Assembly (NCBI GenBank): GCA_013265495.1
Contig: MU058221.1
Coordinates: 2,232,001-2,296,000, forward strand
DNA: 64,000 bases
Source of the DNA: Vicugna vicugna
Taxonomy: Eukaryota
Direction of reading: 5' to 3'
Both the position numbers and the translations under genes were made by a program. Numbering within the stretch: position 1 is the first letter of the stretch; each line of letters opens with the position of its first letter. Below, one piece after another: positions 37,931 to 50,170 of the stretch. The notes under the pieces are model-generated. The model was given only the letters and a program-made list of their open reading frames with translations. It did no database searches and was not told where the DNA came from.

Positions 37931-38525
37931 TAGATGTGTCTATTTTTAGCATTACCATATATATACTATAAAATTGGATTTGGGGTCATTCTGTCCTTAG
38001 AGAAAATAATTTTGTTCTAACATCAATAATTTTTTTAAACTATATGCATTATCACTAATGATAATACAAGGAGACTCACACCTGTTGGGGAAATAAGTGT
38101 AGGCTTTTCTCTGTTGGAAACCTAAAATATAGCCCTCTTTAAAAGTCTTAAAATTCCTTGTGTCTTCCTAGGTTATTTCGCTTTTCTTTTGATTTTTCTT
38201 TCTACTTTGCTGCGCTTTCAGACTCAGTTAGCTTTGCCAGCTTGCAATGTGAAAAATTATCTGGTCAGAGGGAGTTGTGTGCATTCAGCCCTGATTCAGC
38301 TTGTCTACAGGTCTTTACCAGGCACCTGCCTAGTGCTCATCCCTCAGTGAGTGCAGGGGAGGGAAGGGGTTCATACAAGGAGTTCCCAGCTGACAGCACA
38401 GTGAAACACGGCAGGAGGTGACTCAGGCCCAAAGTAAAGAATGTAAGTCCCCTCTGATTCCTTATTCCACGTGAACAAGTCCTCACTGAAGTCTGTATCA
38501 GGTAACGATTATACCACTGAGACTG

Positions 38526-38796
38526 TTTATTTTTATTTTTTAATTTTTATTTTTCAATGATGTGTAGTTGATTTACAATGTTAGTTTCAGGTGTACACCA
38601 GAGGGATTCAGTTATACACATACATACATATTTTCAGATTCTTTCCCATTATAGTTTATTACAAGAAATTGAATATAGTTGTTGTGCTATACAGTAGGCC
38701 CTTGTTATTTATCTACTTTTAATGTAATAATATGTATCTGTTAATCCTAGACCCCTGATTTATCCCTCCCATGCCCTTTCCCCTTTGGCAACCATA
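38526..38796 (-). mobile_element. LINE-1 3' end
   Basis: T-rich tail, then TAGTTGATTTACAATG...TTGAATATAGTT...TGTGCTATACAGTAGG...TTTCCCCTTTGGCAACCAT. Confidence 0.88.
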
Positions 38797-39599
38797 CAGA
38801 TAAATCCCCTGCAATGAAAACAGTCTTTCTCTTCCAGAAAGAAGTGCACCACCGAGGCTCATTTTGTTTGTCCTTCTGGAAGAGAAGGACTGTTTTCATT
38901 GCAGGGAGTTTATTTGTATTCATTTCTTAACGATGATACTCAGGTAACCAGACCATGCGTTTTGATCATATATTTGTCCTGCATAGATTTCTTGTCAGAG
39001 TTGGGTGGGAGGAGCCCCACCACAGCTATTTATCAGGGTGCCCTGGACTTCCGGGTATCTGCGCCCCTTCCCACTTCCTTTGCTGGGGATTTGTCAGCAA
39101 CTTGAGGGTTGAGCCAAGTTCATCTGTCACCTTTGATGGTCAGAGGTTTGCATCTGAGCTGGGTTGGGAAGACTGGATTGTTCTCTGGCCGTGAATCCTG
39201 TAGAGCAGTGACTCTCATCAGGGGACACTGCCCCTACCCTCATCAGTCCTGCTGAGGCTCAAGCCATCCAGAGCCTTAATAACTGGGTACCTGTATTTTT
39301 TTCTTGGTTCGGTTGCAATAGGTATCAATCTGTTACCAGTCTAGGAGGGCTTACGTGGGACATTAGGGAAGACAAGATTTGGTTTCAAATCTGGGCATTT
39401 GCTTCCAGGTCTTGCCTGCCCAGCAGATCACAGGTGCTGGTGGAGCAGTTACTGTGGGGGAGCAGTTGGGGAAATGCCGCTGGGTCCTATGGAAAAGTGC
39501 TATTAATTTTGGTGTCTCCCATTCATCTTTTCATGATGTCTCATTTTCTTTTGCCTCTCTCTCTTTCTCTTCTTCCCTCCCCCCACCCCCGACAGGACT

Positions 39600-40660
39600 A
39601 TTTTAGAGAGTTTGAATGGTGGCCTGAGAGCAAAGGCAAGCTATTTCTGAGGGCTTTTGAGCTAGGGGTGCAGGGGGCACCGATCAGTTTGCACTGTGCA
39701 GAAAGTGGGTTGGAGGAAGGCAGGACTAGGGGCTGCTGCAGGAATCCAGGTGAGAGTCAGTGGCGGCCAGAACTGCAGCAAGGACTGGAGAACACGGGTA
39801 GAACTGAGTGATGTTTAGCTTAGACGCTAGATTCAAGAGGGTATCAAAGAAACACAGCTGGACCTTAGCTAAAGTGGTGAAAACAGATTTGATTCAGTGA
39901 CTGACAGTGGGGAAAGCACTGAGCCTCATTCTGACTTGTGCAGAGGTGACTGGTGTTTAAATGAGGGAGGAAGGAGGGGAAATGGCGGGGTCTGGAGCGG
40001 AGTCAGGGAAGCAGAAAATTATGCAAGGTGGGAAGAGGGCATTGGTCCATGTGAAACCATCTGGATTTGCTAACTGGGGCTTGTCAGAGTTAGTCTTTTA
40101 CCCTCCTACGGAGGCTGGGAGACTGGGCCTTGTGTCCAGATGTAGCCTGGGACAGTCAGTTCTTTTGGCAGCCTTCAACTCTTCTGAGTCTACATGAGTG
40201 TTTGTTCAAGTCTCTATCAGCCAAGGTGGAAGCCTCGGCGAGGAGAGGGCTCAGAGGAGCCTGGCTGGAGTTTGGTCAAGGAGAGACTCTTGTCAAGCCT
40301 TTGATGAGTGGCTGTCGCATATCATGGGCAGGGGAGGAAGAGGAAGAGGCAAGAGTGACTCCCAGGTTTCCCATGGGGCAGCCGAGTGGGTGGGGTGTTG
40401 TTACCATTCACTGAGACAGAGAAAACAGACAGAAGCCAACACTGATAGAGATGGTGAATTCAGTTCTGAACATGGCGAGGCGGAGTGCCTAGGGGTTAGG
40501 TGCCCAGTGGAGGTAGGTTAGTGGGTAGCTTGATGTTAAGGTCCAGACTCAGCAGGGATGTCTGGGCTAGAGCGTCTCTACAAATACCAACTGAAGGCAC
40601 ATGAGTGAGTTGCTGGAGGCTGCTGGTAGATGCAGGATGAAAGAGAAAGACCCGAGACAT
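39600..40660 (-). mobile_element. L2 fragment interrupted by an LTR
   Basis: GGCTTTTGAGC...CTGCAGGAATCCAGGTGAGAG left of the LTR; AGAGTGACTCCCAGGTTTC...CCATTCACTGAGA...GAATTCAGTTCTGAACATG right of it. Confidence 0.6.
39842..40295 (-). mobile_element. ERV1 LTR, MER67/MER31-like
   Basis: Minus strand begins TGACAAGAGTCTCTCCTTGACCAAACTCCAGCCAGGCTCCTCTGAGCCCTC, the characteristic MER67/MER31 5' end. Confidence 0.7.
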
Positions 40661-40669
40661 AATCTACTG

Positions 40670-40875
40670 ACAATGAGAGCTAACATTTATTGAGCAGTGC
40701 CAGGCACCATTTTAAATACTTTGTTCTATTATTTCATGTAATATTCCCCAAATAAGAACTCTCCATTTGTCATTATGCTCATTTGACACGTGAAGTTCAA
40801 TTAATTTGCTCAAGGTCAAGGATTCTGTAAATGGTTTGATTTACCAGTTTGAAGCTAGGGAATCCATCTCTAGAT
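40670..40875 (-). mobile_element. MIR
   Basis: AGCTAACATTTATTGAGC...TGCCAGGCAC...TAATTTGCTCAAGGTCA...GTAAATGG. Confidence 0.65.
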
Positions 40876-40921
40876 TCTTCTCACTTCTTGCTTATTGATT
40901 ATTTTATGTTACATCCCTGAG

Positions 40922-41445
40922 TGTTGCAGAAAAAATGTGTTACAGCTCAGTGTTATAATTCCATGTTACAGCTCAGTTGTGACAGCAACCTGGATCCAGG
41001 CAAGAGACCAAGCAGCACTCCAGGAGTTGGAGAACTCAGGTTTATTACGCTGGCAGGCCCAGAGGAGTTAACACTCCGAGCTCTGGACCCCGTCTGTAGG
41101 TTTACACAGGCTTTTATAGGCTGCCAGTTTACACTTTGCAACATCATATGCAAATAAGGTATAACAAAAGTTGACTAATTAGGAACAAGCTTTGTAGAAA
41201 TGGACCAATCAGGAGAGATAGAAATAACCAATCAAGAGTGAGGAAAATGGGCCAATCAGGAGTGAGAGAAATGACCAATCAGGAGTGAGCTCAGGGAAGG
41301 AACCAATAGCATTTTAGGGATAAGTAAGCCATTTTAGAGGCAAAAAGTGAGATAGAGCCTCTGGACCAGGGAACCGGATGGTGCTGGCAGGAGAGTAGTG
41401 GCCCTGCCTGGTCCTGCCTGTCTTTTTATGGGGGTTTCCGCCTCA
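40922..41445 (-). mobile_element. ERV1-type solo LTR with CCAAT array
   Basis: TGTTGC...CCTCA termini with perfect 4-bp TSD TGAG/TGAG. AATAAA on the minus strand at 41041. Confidence 0.9.
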
Positions 41446-42584
41446 TGAGGGGTGTGTCTTGGATGAAAGCAGTGTCTCTAGAAAAACTCTGAAAAAGTGG
41501 ATATGTGAGTTACAAGCTGGTAGCTTATCATCACGACGTCCTGATACAGGACTGAGCTCTGTCTGATTGCTTGCTTTACAGCGACTCATACGTAGGAGCA
41601 AGTTATTTTGCAGTCAACCTTGATACCTAAAATGTTTAGTCTTTCTATTGCCTGGAAAATTTAGCTTCACTAAATTCTATAGTGACATATATTTGACATT
41701 CCCTAGAATGTCAAAATTGAAAGGGGCCTTTGAAAGTATGTAATTTCACTTGTTAATTTATTAACAGCTACCCAATTATAGGCAACATTTGAAGTGGTTT
41801 ATAATGAAAGGGAAGAATAAGACAAAGAAGAAGTGAGAAAGCTCAGGAAAGGGACATAAGCATTTGATTAAAAACTAAGGTAGAGCCAGATACATGATGC
41901 TTTAAGGTCCTGCACATCTACAAACTCTAGGTCACTTATTTAAAGATTGATTACTGGCAACCAAGGCAAAGAGGGGAGCTTGGATGGATGCTGGTTAACA
42001 ACATGGAAGCAACCACCTTGGCCCAGTAGGAGCTACACTAGGAAACTGAAGAAGTCTCAGAACTTGACTTCAGCCTTTGTATCGTCCTCCACAGCTAGAG
42101 GTGCTACATTTGTTCTTCTCTGAATTCTTCTCCATCTCCTGAGTGTCCAGGGACCTACGCCTCACTTGTACTTAATGCACACCTTCCAATTTTTAATGGG
42201 AAAATTACTTGTGTTTTCTTAGATTTGTATTTTTTTTTCCTTCCGAATTCCCTGACCTCTTAGAACAAGTAAATCTTGTTGCTCTATGATTGAGAAAACT
42301 GTTTTTGGTCATTAGACCCAATAAAGAATTCATGTTACAAAAATAATGAAGTGAAGTGTCCTTCCTGGAGTAAGAAAAAAAATCTTTGGGTTCATTTGTT
42401 TCATTATGCAGTAAAGATCTATCAGAAGGCAGGATAAAGCACCTCAGATATGATAAAGTAATGAATAGCGCATTTTTATACAGTCTACTCAGACTTAGTT
42501 TGCAACTTTTGGAAGTCTAGCTGTTGCATAGAGGTACGTCCCCACATCTGAAGACATTGATAGCAGAGCTGTGAATGTGCAGGA

Positions 42585-42870
42585 GCTGTTAGAGTCAGTA
42601 GGAGAGGTTGTGCTGCAGGCACAGCCGAAATCTTGGTGGATTCATCATAGAAGTTTATTTCTTTCTGACGAAATTTTTCTGCAGGTCCTGGAGGAGACTG
42701 TCTAGATAGCTGTTTACCTGGCTGATTCAGTATGGTGGCTCCACCGTCTCAAAACAGGGCTTCCACGTTCCCCTGTAGGACAGGGCTTCACACTGCCTTG
42801 GTCCTGAAGTGACATCGTTATCTTCATTCATTTTTCATAGACCAGAACGGGTCACATGACCTTGTCTGGT
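42585..42870 (-). mobile_element. Old MaLR LTR fragment (MLT1J/K-like)
   Basis: TGTGCTGCAG...AAATCTTGGTGG...AAGTTTATTTCTT...CCTGAAGTGACA...TTTCATAGACCAGAACGGGTCACATG. Confidence 0.55.
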
Positions 42871-43225
42871 TTTTTTTTTTTTTTTGATTCCTCAGAAAAG
42901 CTAGGGGAGTATTACACTTATTAGAACTAGCAATGTCTCCCTCATTGATCTAAATATTTTTAGATCAAAGCTCTGTAATAGCACAAGTTAGGCTTCTAAC
43001 GACTCATTCTCTCTGAAATTATAGGGGCTTTTACTGAGATTTCTGATTGTTTTTATCAATTTTAAAATTAAACTTTAAGGACTCATTTATAGTAATGGTT
43101 TACATTTATGTATATAAACAGCGTTATAATTAGGTAAACATCCTTAAGTTATTTTAAATGTTTTTCTTTTTAGGTAAAATATAACGTTAAGCAGAGGGGG
43201 TAAGTCTGAATTTGTCTTATGCACA

Positions 43226-43262
43226 TTATATATGTGTGTGTGTGTGTGTGTGTGTATATATA
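43226..43262. repeat. (TA)n(TG)n(TA)n compound microsatellite
   Basis: Read directly. Confidence 0.9.
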
Positions 43263-44519
43263 CACTTCACTAATTTCTATAGATTTAAATTTTTCACACT
43301 GCCTGTTTTAGAAACAAATAAGCAATTAGAAATTAATTTAGAAATAAAGGCTGCATAATCATCGTTTTGTAGTGGTGCTTGGGTAAGTAAGTAATTAACT
43401 GAGAGCTGTAAGTTGCAGTGTAACTCATTTTCCATCTTGCTCATTTTTTACAAATCAACAAAGAACCAATCCTTCCCTTTTACTAACCGTCAAGCACCCG
43501 TGCTGTCTTCCTCGTTCTGTTCTGAATGGGCTCACTTGCGATCACTGGTCTTTGCTTGGTATTAGAATTTGCAGTTGGTGTGGCTCATTTATCAGCCAAG
43601 TATGGAGAGATTCTGAAGGATGTTTTGTCATTTTCCACTGTCAAAATGATGCATTCGTTTACGTCCTGGTTTCTTTGAAAGAGCTTGAGTTGCACTTATT
43701 TTGTAGAGTGAAAGCATGAGAATAAATGATACAAAACTAAGTAAACAGAGAAAAAAAGAAAAAAACACAGCGCTCAGAAACCTAAAATCCAGGGGGCTTC
43801 ATTTTTAAGTACACATTTTTAGAGCTCAAACAACATGCCCAGAGCTACCTTTTCTGGTTTGATCTATCACCTGCTTGCATTCGGTGACACCCGATACCAC
43901 AATTCTTGTGGACAGGGATGTGGAAATAGAAGCTACTTCCTTTGTTCATTGATTCCTTCAGGCTCCATCTACAAGGGGGCAGTACGCCAGCCCTGGTGAG
44001 GACGTGGTACATGGACGTTCAGGTGGTTCAGTGCTGGAAGCAGATAAGCTAACATGGGAAAACTGTCTGTTCTTTTATTTTTCCTGTTTTGGGTTCCTTG
44101 GAGTAATTTTTCAGCTATTTTGTTTCTTCACTGGTCGTGAAAGTAGGCAAGTCCAGGGCTTGTGACACCTGTGACTCACTACAGAATCTGCTTATTACAA
44201 ACCCGTTGACCCTGACGATGATCATAGGAGAGAATGGGGGAATGCAGCCACTGTGCAAAGTTGTTTTGTAGTTAAAATTACTCTCGCAGACCCTAGAATA
44301 ACTAGATAATATTATAATTAAAAGCAGTTTTTATTAAGCGAAAGTTTACTTTTTTAAAAAGAAAATTATCCAGTCAAGCTTGCTCATTGCTTATTCTGTA
44401 AATTTTGATGTTGATGTTTATAAGTAAACACATCTGACATATTTCCTTCCTGGAGAAATGTCAGAAAAAAATCCTTTGATTCAAATCTGGATCCATAATT
44501 CAGAATGTTCTTTGCTTTA

Positions 44520-44670
44520 AATTATTGAAGTTTGAATTTCAGTTTCCTCTGTTGGAAAAATAAGGACAATATAATATGAGCCTCGAAAGATTGTTGTAAG
44601 AATTAAATATAGAAGTACTTGGCAAAATCTCTCGCTCGCGGGACATTTTCAGTAAATGTCATTCTCATTG
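44520..44670 (+). mobile_element. MIR
   Basis: TCAGTTTCCTCTG...GATTGTTGTAAGAATTAAAT...TCAGTAAATG. Confidence 0.55.
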
Positions 44671-44749
44671 TTCTTTGCTTCCTGTTAGCATGGTTTTCTC
44701 TGCTCAGTACAAAATACACATTGAATCACAACCCTGCACTGTGCCAGTG

Positions 44750-44763
44750 GTGCCCCCTAGAGG
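44750..44763 (-). promoter_or_regulatory. Candidate CTCF site
   Basis: Minus strand CCTCTAGGGGGCAC matches the CTCF core. Motif match only. Confidence 0.35.
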
Positions 44764-47099
44764 CCATGACAATATTTTGGTCTTTTTCAGAGCTTCCCTT
44801 TTGCTTCTTTGGGAGGCTTTGCTTCCGCCCGTCAATTGCCCCATTTTTACGCTTTTTATAGACATCCAGTCCATTGCGCCAGCATTATACTCTCTCTTTC
44901 GTCGATACATGCATACGCTTTATGTAAAACCTACTTCCCTCTACTTCTCTCTCCCCGCCCTTGACCATTATTCTGTTACTGAGGGACTGAGTTATTTGTG
45001 TTGATCAGTAAATATTAAGAAAATGGTTCTTTTTTTTTTTTTTGTGAGTCATGAGAAAATGGTTCTTAGCCTGGGTGTCTCTATCAAATCATGGGTGGGT
45101 TTTGGAATGAAAGAATTGGAGAAAATTAGAAATTAGAGAAAAGAAAAATCTTAAAAATAATGAAAGAAAGAAACTTTGGAGGGTCCATTCAACAGTCGAA
45201 TATTTAATTGAACAACTTACCAGGATATAAGGGGCCCAGGGTGAGGTTCCAGATGCTGACTGGGGCAGGAAGGGTCTCTGCTGTATATTCATGGAGGGCC
45301 CTCAGAGGCCGTGATAATAAAGATTTAGACACTTAAAAATCTCTTGGAAATGTGTTCCTGACTGATAGATCAGCAGCTATCAAGGCCTGGCGGCAAGGGC
45401 AAGCTTGTAGTCTTCAAAGAATAAAGCAAGAAAGCTGATGCATCTGGGACCTAATGAATGACCGGGGAGCAGGGGAGAGTGCAGCTAAAGGAAATCTCAA
45501 AATGAATGCTCTCTTTTATTTTCTTCAACTCCCTGCTTTTAAGAGAAAATTTTAAAAAATCATTTTCTAATCTTAATTTCTTTTGATTTGCTTAGTTACT
45601 AGTACTGCAAAGCCATTGCCTCCTACTGTTTTCATTTTTCTTTTGGTTTAAATAAGCTTTTGAAGGGTTAGCCTGGGAACTAACCCACATTGTTGGCATG
45701 TTTCTGGGGGAAAATGCTACTCAGATTGCACAGAGAAATTTGGAACACGGCTCTTTTAAAACATGGGGACATCCTGCATCTGAGGGTCTTGAAGCAGGTC
45801 CTCATTTTATCAAAGAACCTCATGACTCCAAAACCGTGGTTCCTACTCAGGCTGCGCTGAGGATTACGTTTGTCCCTTCATGAAGACTTAGTGCCGGAGT
45901 CCCTGTAACAGAGATTTAGAGTCGGCACATTCAGTTGAGTTCCGGTTTGTGGAAACTTCAGCGTATCACTGCAGGTGGGTGTTGTTAAGGACCACAGGAC
46001 GTGTGTGTTCATGAAAGCAGGACTGGCAGAGCCTGTTTGGAAATCCTCTTCAGAAGGATGCGCAAGGAGGGTTGGTTTTGTTGTTTCTGTTACTGTTCTT
46101 TCTTATCTCCTCACTTAGCAAATTGGTTTTATCCTGGGAAGAGAGAGGACTCAGTCACTGATGAGGGCGTTGGTCCAAGTCCTCTGTCTCACTTCAATAT
46201 TAAAAGCAAAAAGGGCTGATGGTGCTCATTTATCATGGCGGCCCCTGTGCTGCCTTCATCAAACCCTGATTTTCCTCATTTTCCTTTGCAAGCCGTCCTT
46301 TACATCTCCTACCCACCGTCAGATTTACAAGTTGTCTTTGTGCTGGTCCATCCTTAATTTAGCAGGCATCGTTGTCAGCGTGCACCTTAGGAAACGCGTC
46401 TGGGTTCAGAATGATGCCTTCGTTCGTGTAACTTGAGGCTGGAGAGTGGTTGTGAGTCGATGCCCTGAGAGGAGAGGGCACTGTGCAAATGACGTGTTCC
46501 GGGGCCTTAGACCCACAGAGCATCGTCTGTCGGAAGCACAAAGGCCTGTCCTGTCGTCTCCCCATCAGCCCCTCTGCCTCTCACCTTTCCCTCCAGGGTA
46601 ACCTCCAAGCAGTAGCACCGCGACCTCTGTAACATCCTCACTGTCAGGTCAGTTCTTGCTTAACCCTTACGGGGCTTCCCGTCGCCTGCAGCAGGAAGCA
46701 GCAAGCCCAGTGTGGGTCAGTGCGTCCCCCTGCCTGGTTCTGTCGCTGAAGTCTGGCCGGAGCGCAGCCACGCCCACTCATTACATGCGGCCACTCATTT
46801 ACATGCGTCCCGGCGCTTTCGCCCTGTCAGGGCGGGGTTGGGTAGGTGCTGCAGAGACGGCGTGGCCGGGAGTACTTGCTCCTGCTTCTGTGCGGGACCT
46901 GCTCGTTGACCCCAGCCTGCATGGGCAAGTTCAGACCCCAGTGCAGCCCTTCCCAGGCCGCTGTGCTTGTCCTGCAGGCTCGTCTGTAGCCAGCTCCTCC
47001 AGGGCCCCTCGCCCCGAGCCACCGCGGCGACTCACTGTTCCTGCTCAGATGCCGCGTATCCCACACCGCTGCGCTCGCGGTCTGGACTGTCTGGGGTTC

Positions 47100-47362
47100 C
47101 TAACGGCACCTCCTCAGCCCCAGCGACCCTCCAGCGTCCTCCTTCCCACGGACGCCTCACCCTCCTGCGCTTCTGTCCCAGCCCTTCAGCGTTGCTCGGG
47201 CCACCTGCCTCCAGACGTCCTCCCTTGCCTGTTTCCCCTGGGGGCGAGCCCTGCCTCCGCGGTCAGAGCAGAAGCCCCCTTGAGTGGCTTGCACACCTTC
47301 CCCGGAGTCGAGTTCAGACCCCAGCACACAGTAGGTGCTCAGTAAGTAGGTGTTTAATTGAT
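47100..47362 (+). mobile_element. L2 3' fragment
   Basis: Ends CCCAGCACACAGTAGGTGCTCAGTAAGTAGGTGTTTAATTGA, the L2 3' terminus pattern. Confidence 0.5.
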
Positions 47363-47523
47363 AGCAGAGAAGTGAAGCGCCCTCCTGCACGTAAGTAGAA
47401 CAGAGGACGTGTTGGGGTAAAGCAAGTGCGTTGTCCAGGCGTCACATTCATCCATGTATTAATGCTACTCGTGAAGCAAGCTGTCTACTCTGTATGTTAA
47501 CTTGAGGGGAGACAGAATGTATT

Positions 47524-47806
47524 AAACAGAAGCAGCAGGCAGCGGGCTCAGCACCAGGGAGGCCCGAGCATGGACTCCCCTGGCCTCTAGAGAGCCGACA
47601 GCCAGCCTCCAGCTTCCTGAGCATCTCCTGGAAGACCCGGAACCAGGAGGGTGGGAGCAAGTTCCAGGTTGCGGGCCAGGCCAGGTGCACACACGTGTGT
47701 GAGTTCCAGGTGTCCACCAGAAACCAAACAGCTGCCCTCCGTCTCTCTTGGGGGCCCCTTGCCCGCACCTCCCGAGAGCGCAGGCGTGGACCGTGTCTTT
47801 CTGGTT
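47524..47806 (-). repeat. Left arm of inverted duplication
   Basis: Reverse complement aligns to 48742-49026 at ~81% identity by manual alignment. Confidence 0.95.
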
Positions 47807-48741
47807 GAGCCAGCCCCAGAGCCCCGCCTCTGTTTTAACACGTCTCTGGAGGTACATGGTTGGAGGGGATCTTCTTTAAAGGACGCATTTTGACTCCATT
47901 GGTACCAAAGCCTTTTGCCAAAATATTCACGTCTAGTTTTAACGTATCACGGTACATGATGGTAAAAACCATCAAGACCTTAAACACTCAGCGAAGGCCT
48001 GGGCCCGCTCAGACACCGGGCGGCCGCGGTGCCTTCGGCGCGCTCACTGCGCAGGGCCGGGAGTGTTGCCTTGGCTTCTTCCTCTGAGAACAGGGAGGAG
48101 GGTCTTCCTCCCCCCCTGTAACCGCCGCTTGCCGCCCACCTCTGCTGCGAGCCTTGTTCCCCGCACCCACCTTTGCTATTACCTCCTCATGCTTTATTTT
48201 GGCCTCTGCCGAGCTGGGGTGGGACCACTGACAGCCTCTTGGTGAATTTCCATGGTTGTAATGAGCTTCATAAAGAATTCGTTTCATGGAATCAAATAAT
48301 CCTGCATCCCCCACCCGCTCTGCCCTTTTGGGTGCCGCAGACATGACATTTCCGGCAAGTCACGTGCAGGCAGGTTTCGGATGGGGAAGCCGGGTGTCCA
48401 CTTTACGTTTGTAAACCCATTGCTGCTGTCCCTCCACCCAGGCCAGATGACATTCCTGCTCACCAAAAACATGCATTCCGCTGTTCCATCCGCCTCTTCC
48501 CCCAGGCCCTTTCCCAGAAAGGCTGTGAGGGGAAGAAGATGGAGAAGAATTAAAGGAAGAGGAGGTGAGGTGGATGAGACGTGGCAGGGGTCTCAGCACC
48601 CATTTGTGCAAGGAGGCAGGGAGGTAACGCAACCTGCTCTGGAAAGAAGCTTCCGCCGGCTTCTGTCCATATTCTGTCTTCAAGGGTGTATTTCATTTCG
48701 AACACAGCAGGTGCGCTGGGCTGCCCTGAATCCGCAGGCAG

Positions 48742-49026
48742 AACCGGAAAGCCAAGGGCCACTCCTACTCCCTCTGGAGGTGTGGGCAAAAGGGCCCCCA
48801 AGAGAGAAGACGGGCAGGTGTTCAGTTTCTGACGGACACCTGGAACTCACATGTGTGTGTGCGCCTGGCCTGGCGTGTGGCCTGGAAGTTGTTCCCCACT
48901 CTCTCGGTTTGAGGTCTTCCGGGAGATGCTCAGGAAGTTGGAGGCAGGCTGTTCACTCTCTAGAGACCAGACAAGGCCTTGCTCAGGCCTCCCTCGTGCT
49001 GCGCCTGCTGCCTGCTGCTTCCGTTT
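48742..49026 (+). repeat. Right arm of inverted duplication
   Basis: Shares blocks such as GGACACCTGGAACTCACA, GGAGATGCTCAGGAAG and GCTGCCTGCTGCTTC with the reverse complement of 47524-47806. Confidence 0.95.
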
Positions 49027-49455
49027 CTGGTACCAAACACAAGATTCAGTCCTGTTGCCTCCAGGTGCAAGCTGTGAGGGGTGGGGGTGGGGGCGGGCCG
49101 TAGGTGCTTCCCTGAACATTGGCTCCAGGCCCAGAGTTATGTGGTGTTTTGTGTCTCCGGGAACCCACTTCTTTCTCCCCTGTAGGCTGTCACTCTTCCA
49201 AAACTCAAGTCCGTGATTTCCCCCCCAAACATCAAGACTAGCACCGGCCTCTGCTTGTCAGGGCGTGAGCTCTGAGATCCTCCCCCACTCTGCTCTCAGG
49301 GTGCGCACCGCATCCTGGGGTGAACTGCTCGGAAACCTTCAGAGTCCGCCATGACAACAGACATTCTGTTTCTATTCAGATCCCCGTTTGTCTCCGTCTT
49401 CCTCTCTGTCTTGATTTCTTGGCATCTTGCTGAAGCAGCTGGATGTGATAGAAGG

Positions 49456-49938
49456 TGGTACTAAAGGCAAATCTGTGTGCCCAATGCACCGCGAGGCCAA
49501 ACAAGCTGTAACGTCGGAGTTCAGAGCAGAGAAAGGTTTATGGCAGGGCTGAGCAAGGAGGATGGGGTGGCTTGTGCCCAAGAAAACCCCAAACTCCCCG
49601 AAGGGTTTCAGCAAAGCGTATTTAAAGGCCAGGTGAGGGAGGGGAGGTGGGTCGCAGAGCATGTGATCAGCTCGTGCACAATCTCTGATTGGCTGATGTT
49701 GAGGGAACACGGTGGTCAAGACCCTCAACCCCGCCAGGCACCAGAAGGTCTGGGGGCCACGTGCTCCCCATCATCACGCAGTTAATGTCTTCCCTTTGGT
49801 GGTGATGCCTGGCATCTGAAGAACTCAGGAAATATGCATGAGATACTCCTATCTGGGTGCTTCAGAGAGGAGCTGCCGCAGAGGACACGGGGGAGGGGTC
49901 TTTCCTGGGAAGGCGCCCTGGGGCCCTGCTCGGTTACA
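49456..49938 (-). mobile_element. ERV1-type solo LTR (same family as 6056-6521)
   Basis: TG...CA termini with perfect 5-bp TSD GAAGG/GAAGG. Collinear with 6056-6521 (e.g. GAAGGGTTTCAGCAAAGCGTATTTAAAGG, GTCGCAGAGCATGTGATCAGCTCGTGCA). Confidence 0.92.
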
Positions 49939-49959
49939 GAAGGACTCTGTGGAGGTTTT

Positions 49960-50170
49960 GAATTCAGGCGGAACTGAGTTCGAATCCCACCTCTGCTTCT
50001 CACCGTGACCTTGGGAAAGCTACTTAATCTTCTGCAGCCTCTATTTCATTCATCTGTAAAAGGGAAGGTAACAAGATTTAACTCATCCAGTGGCTGTAAG
50101 GACTAAAAGTAACTTTGGCCTCAGGGTTAAAGGTAACTCGGACACACAGTAGGACCTCAATAAGTGAAGG
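49960..50170 (+). mobile_element. MIR
   Basis: CTGAGTTCGAATCCCACCTCTGC...GTGACCTTGGGAAAGCTACTTAATC...CATCTGTAAAAGGG. Confidence 0.8.

Noticed and set aside
47459..47480. miR-155-like string TTAATGCTACTCGTGAAGC
   Set aside because: Only partial similarity, with no complementary 3' arm to form a pre-miRNA hairpin.
6056..49938. Two same-family, same-orientation LTRs as the ends of one provirus
   Set aside because: They are 43 kb apart and visibly diverged, the right copy has its own perfect TSD (GAAGG), and no gag/pol/env is visible between them. These are independent solo LTRs.
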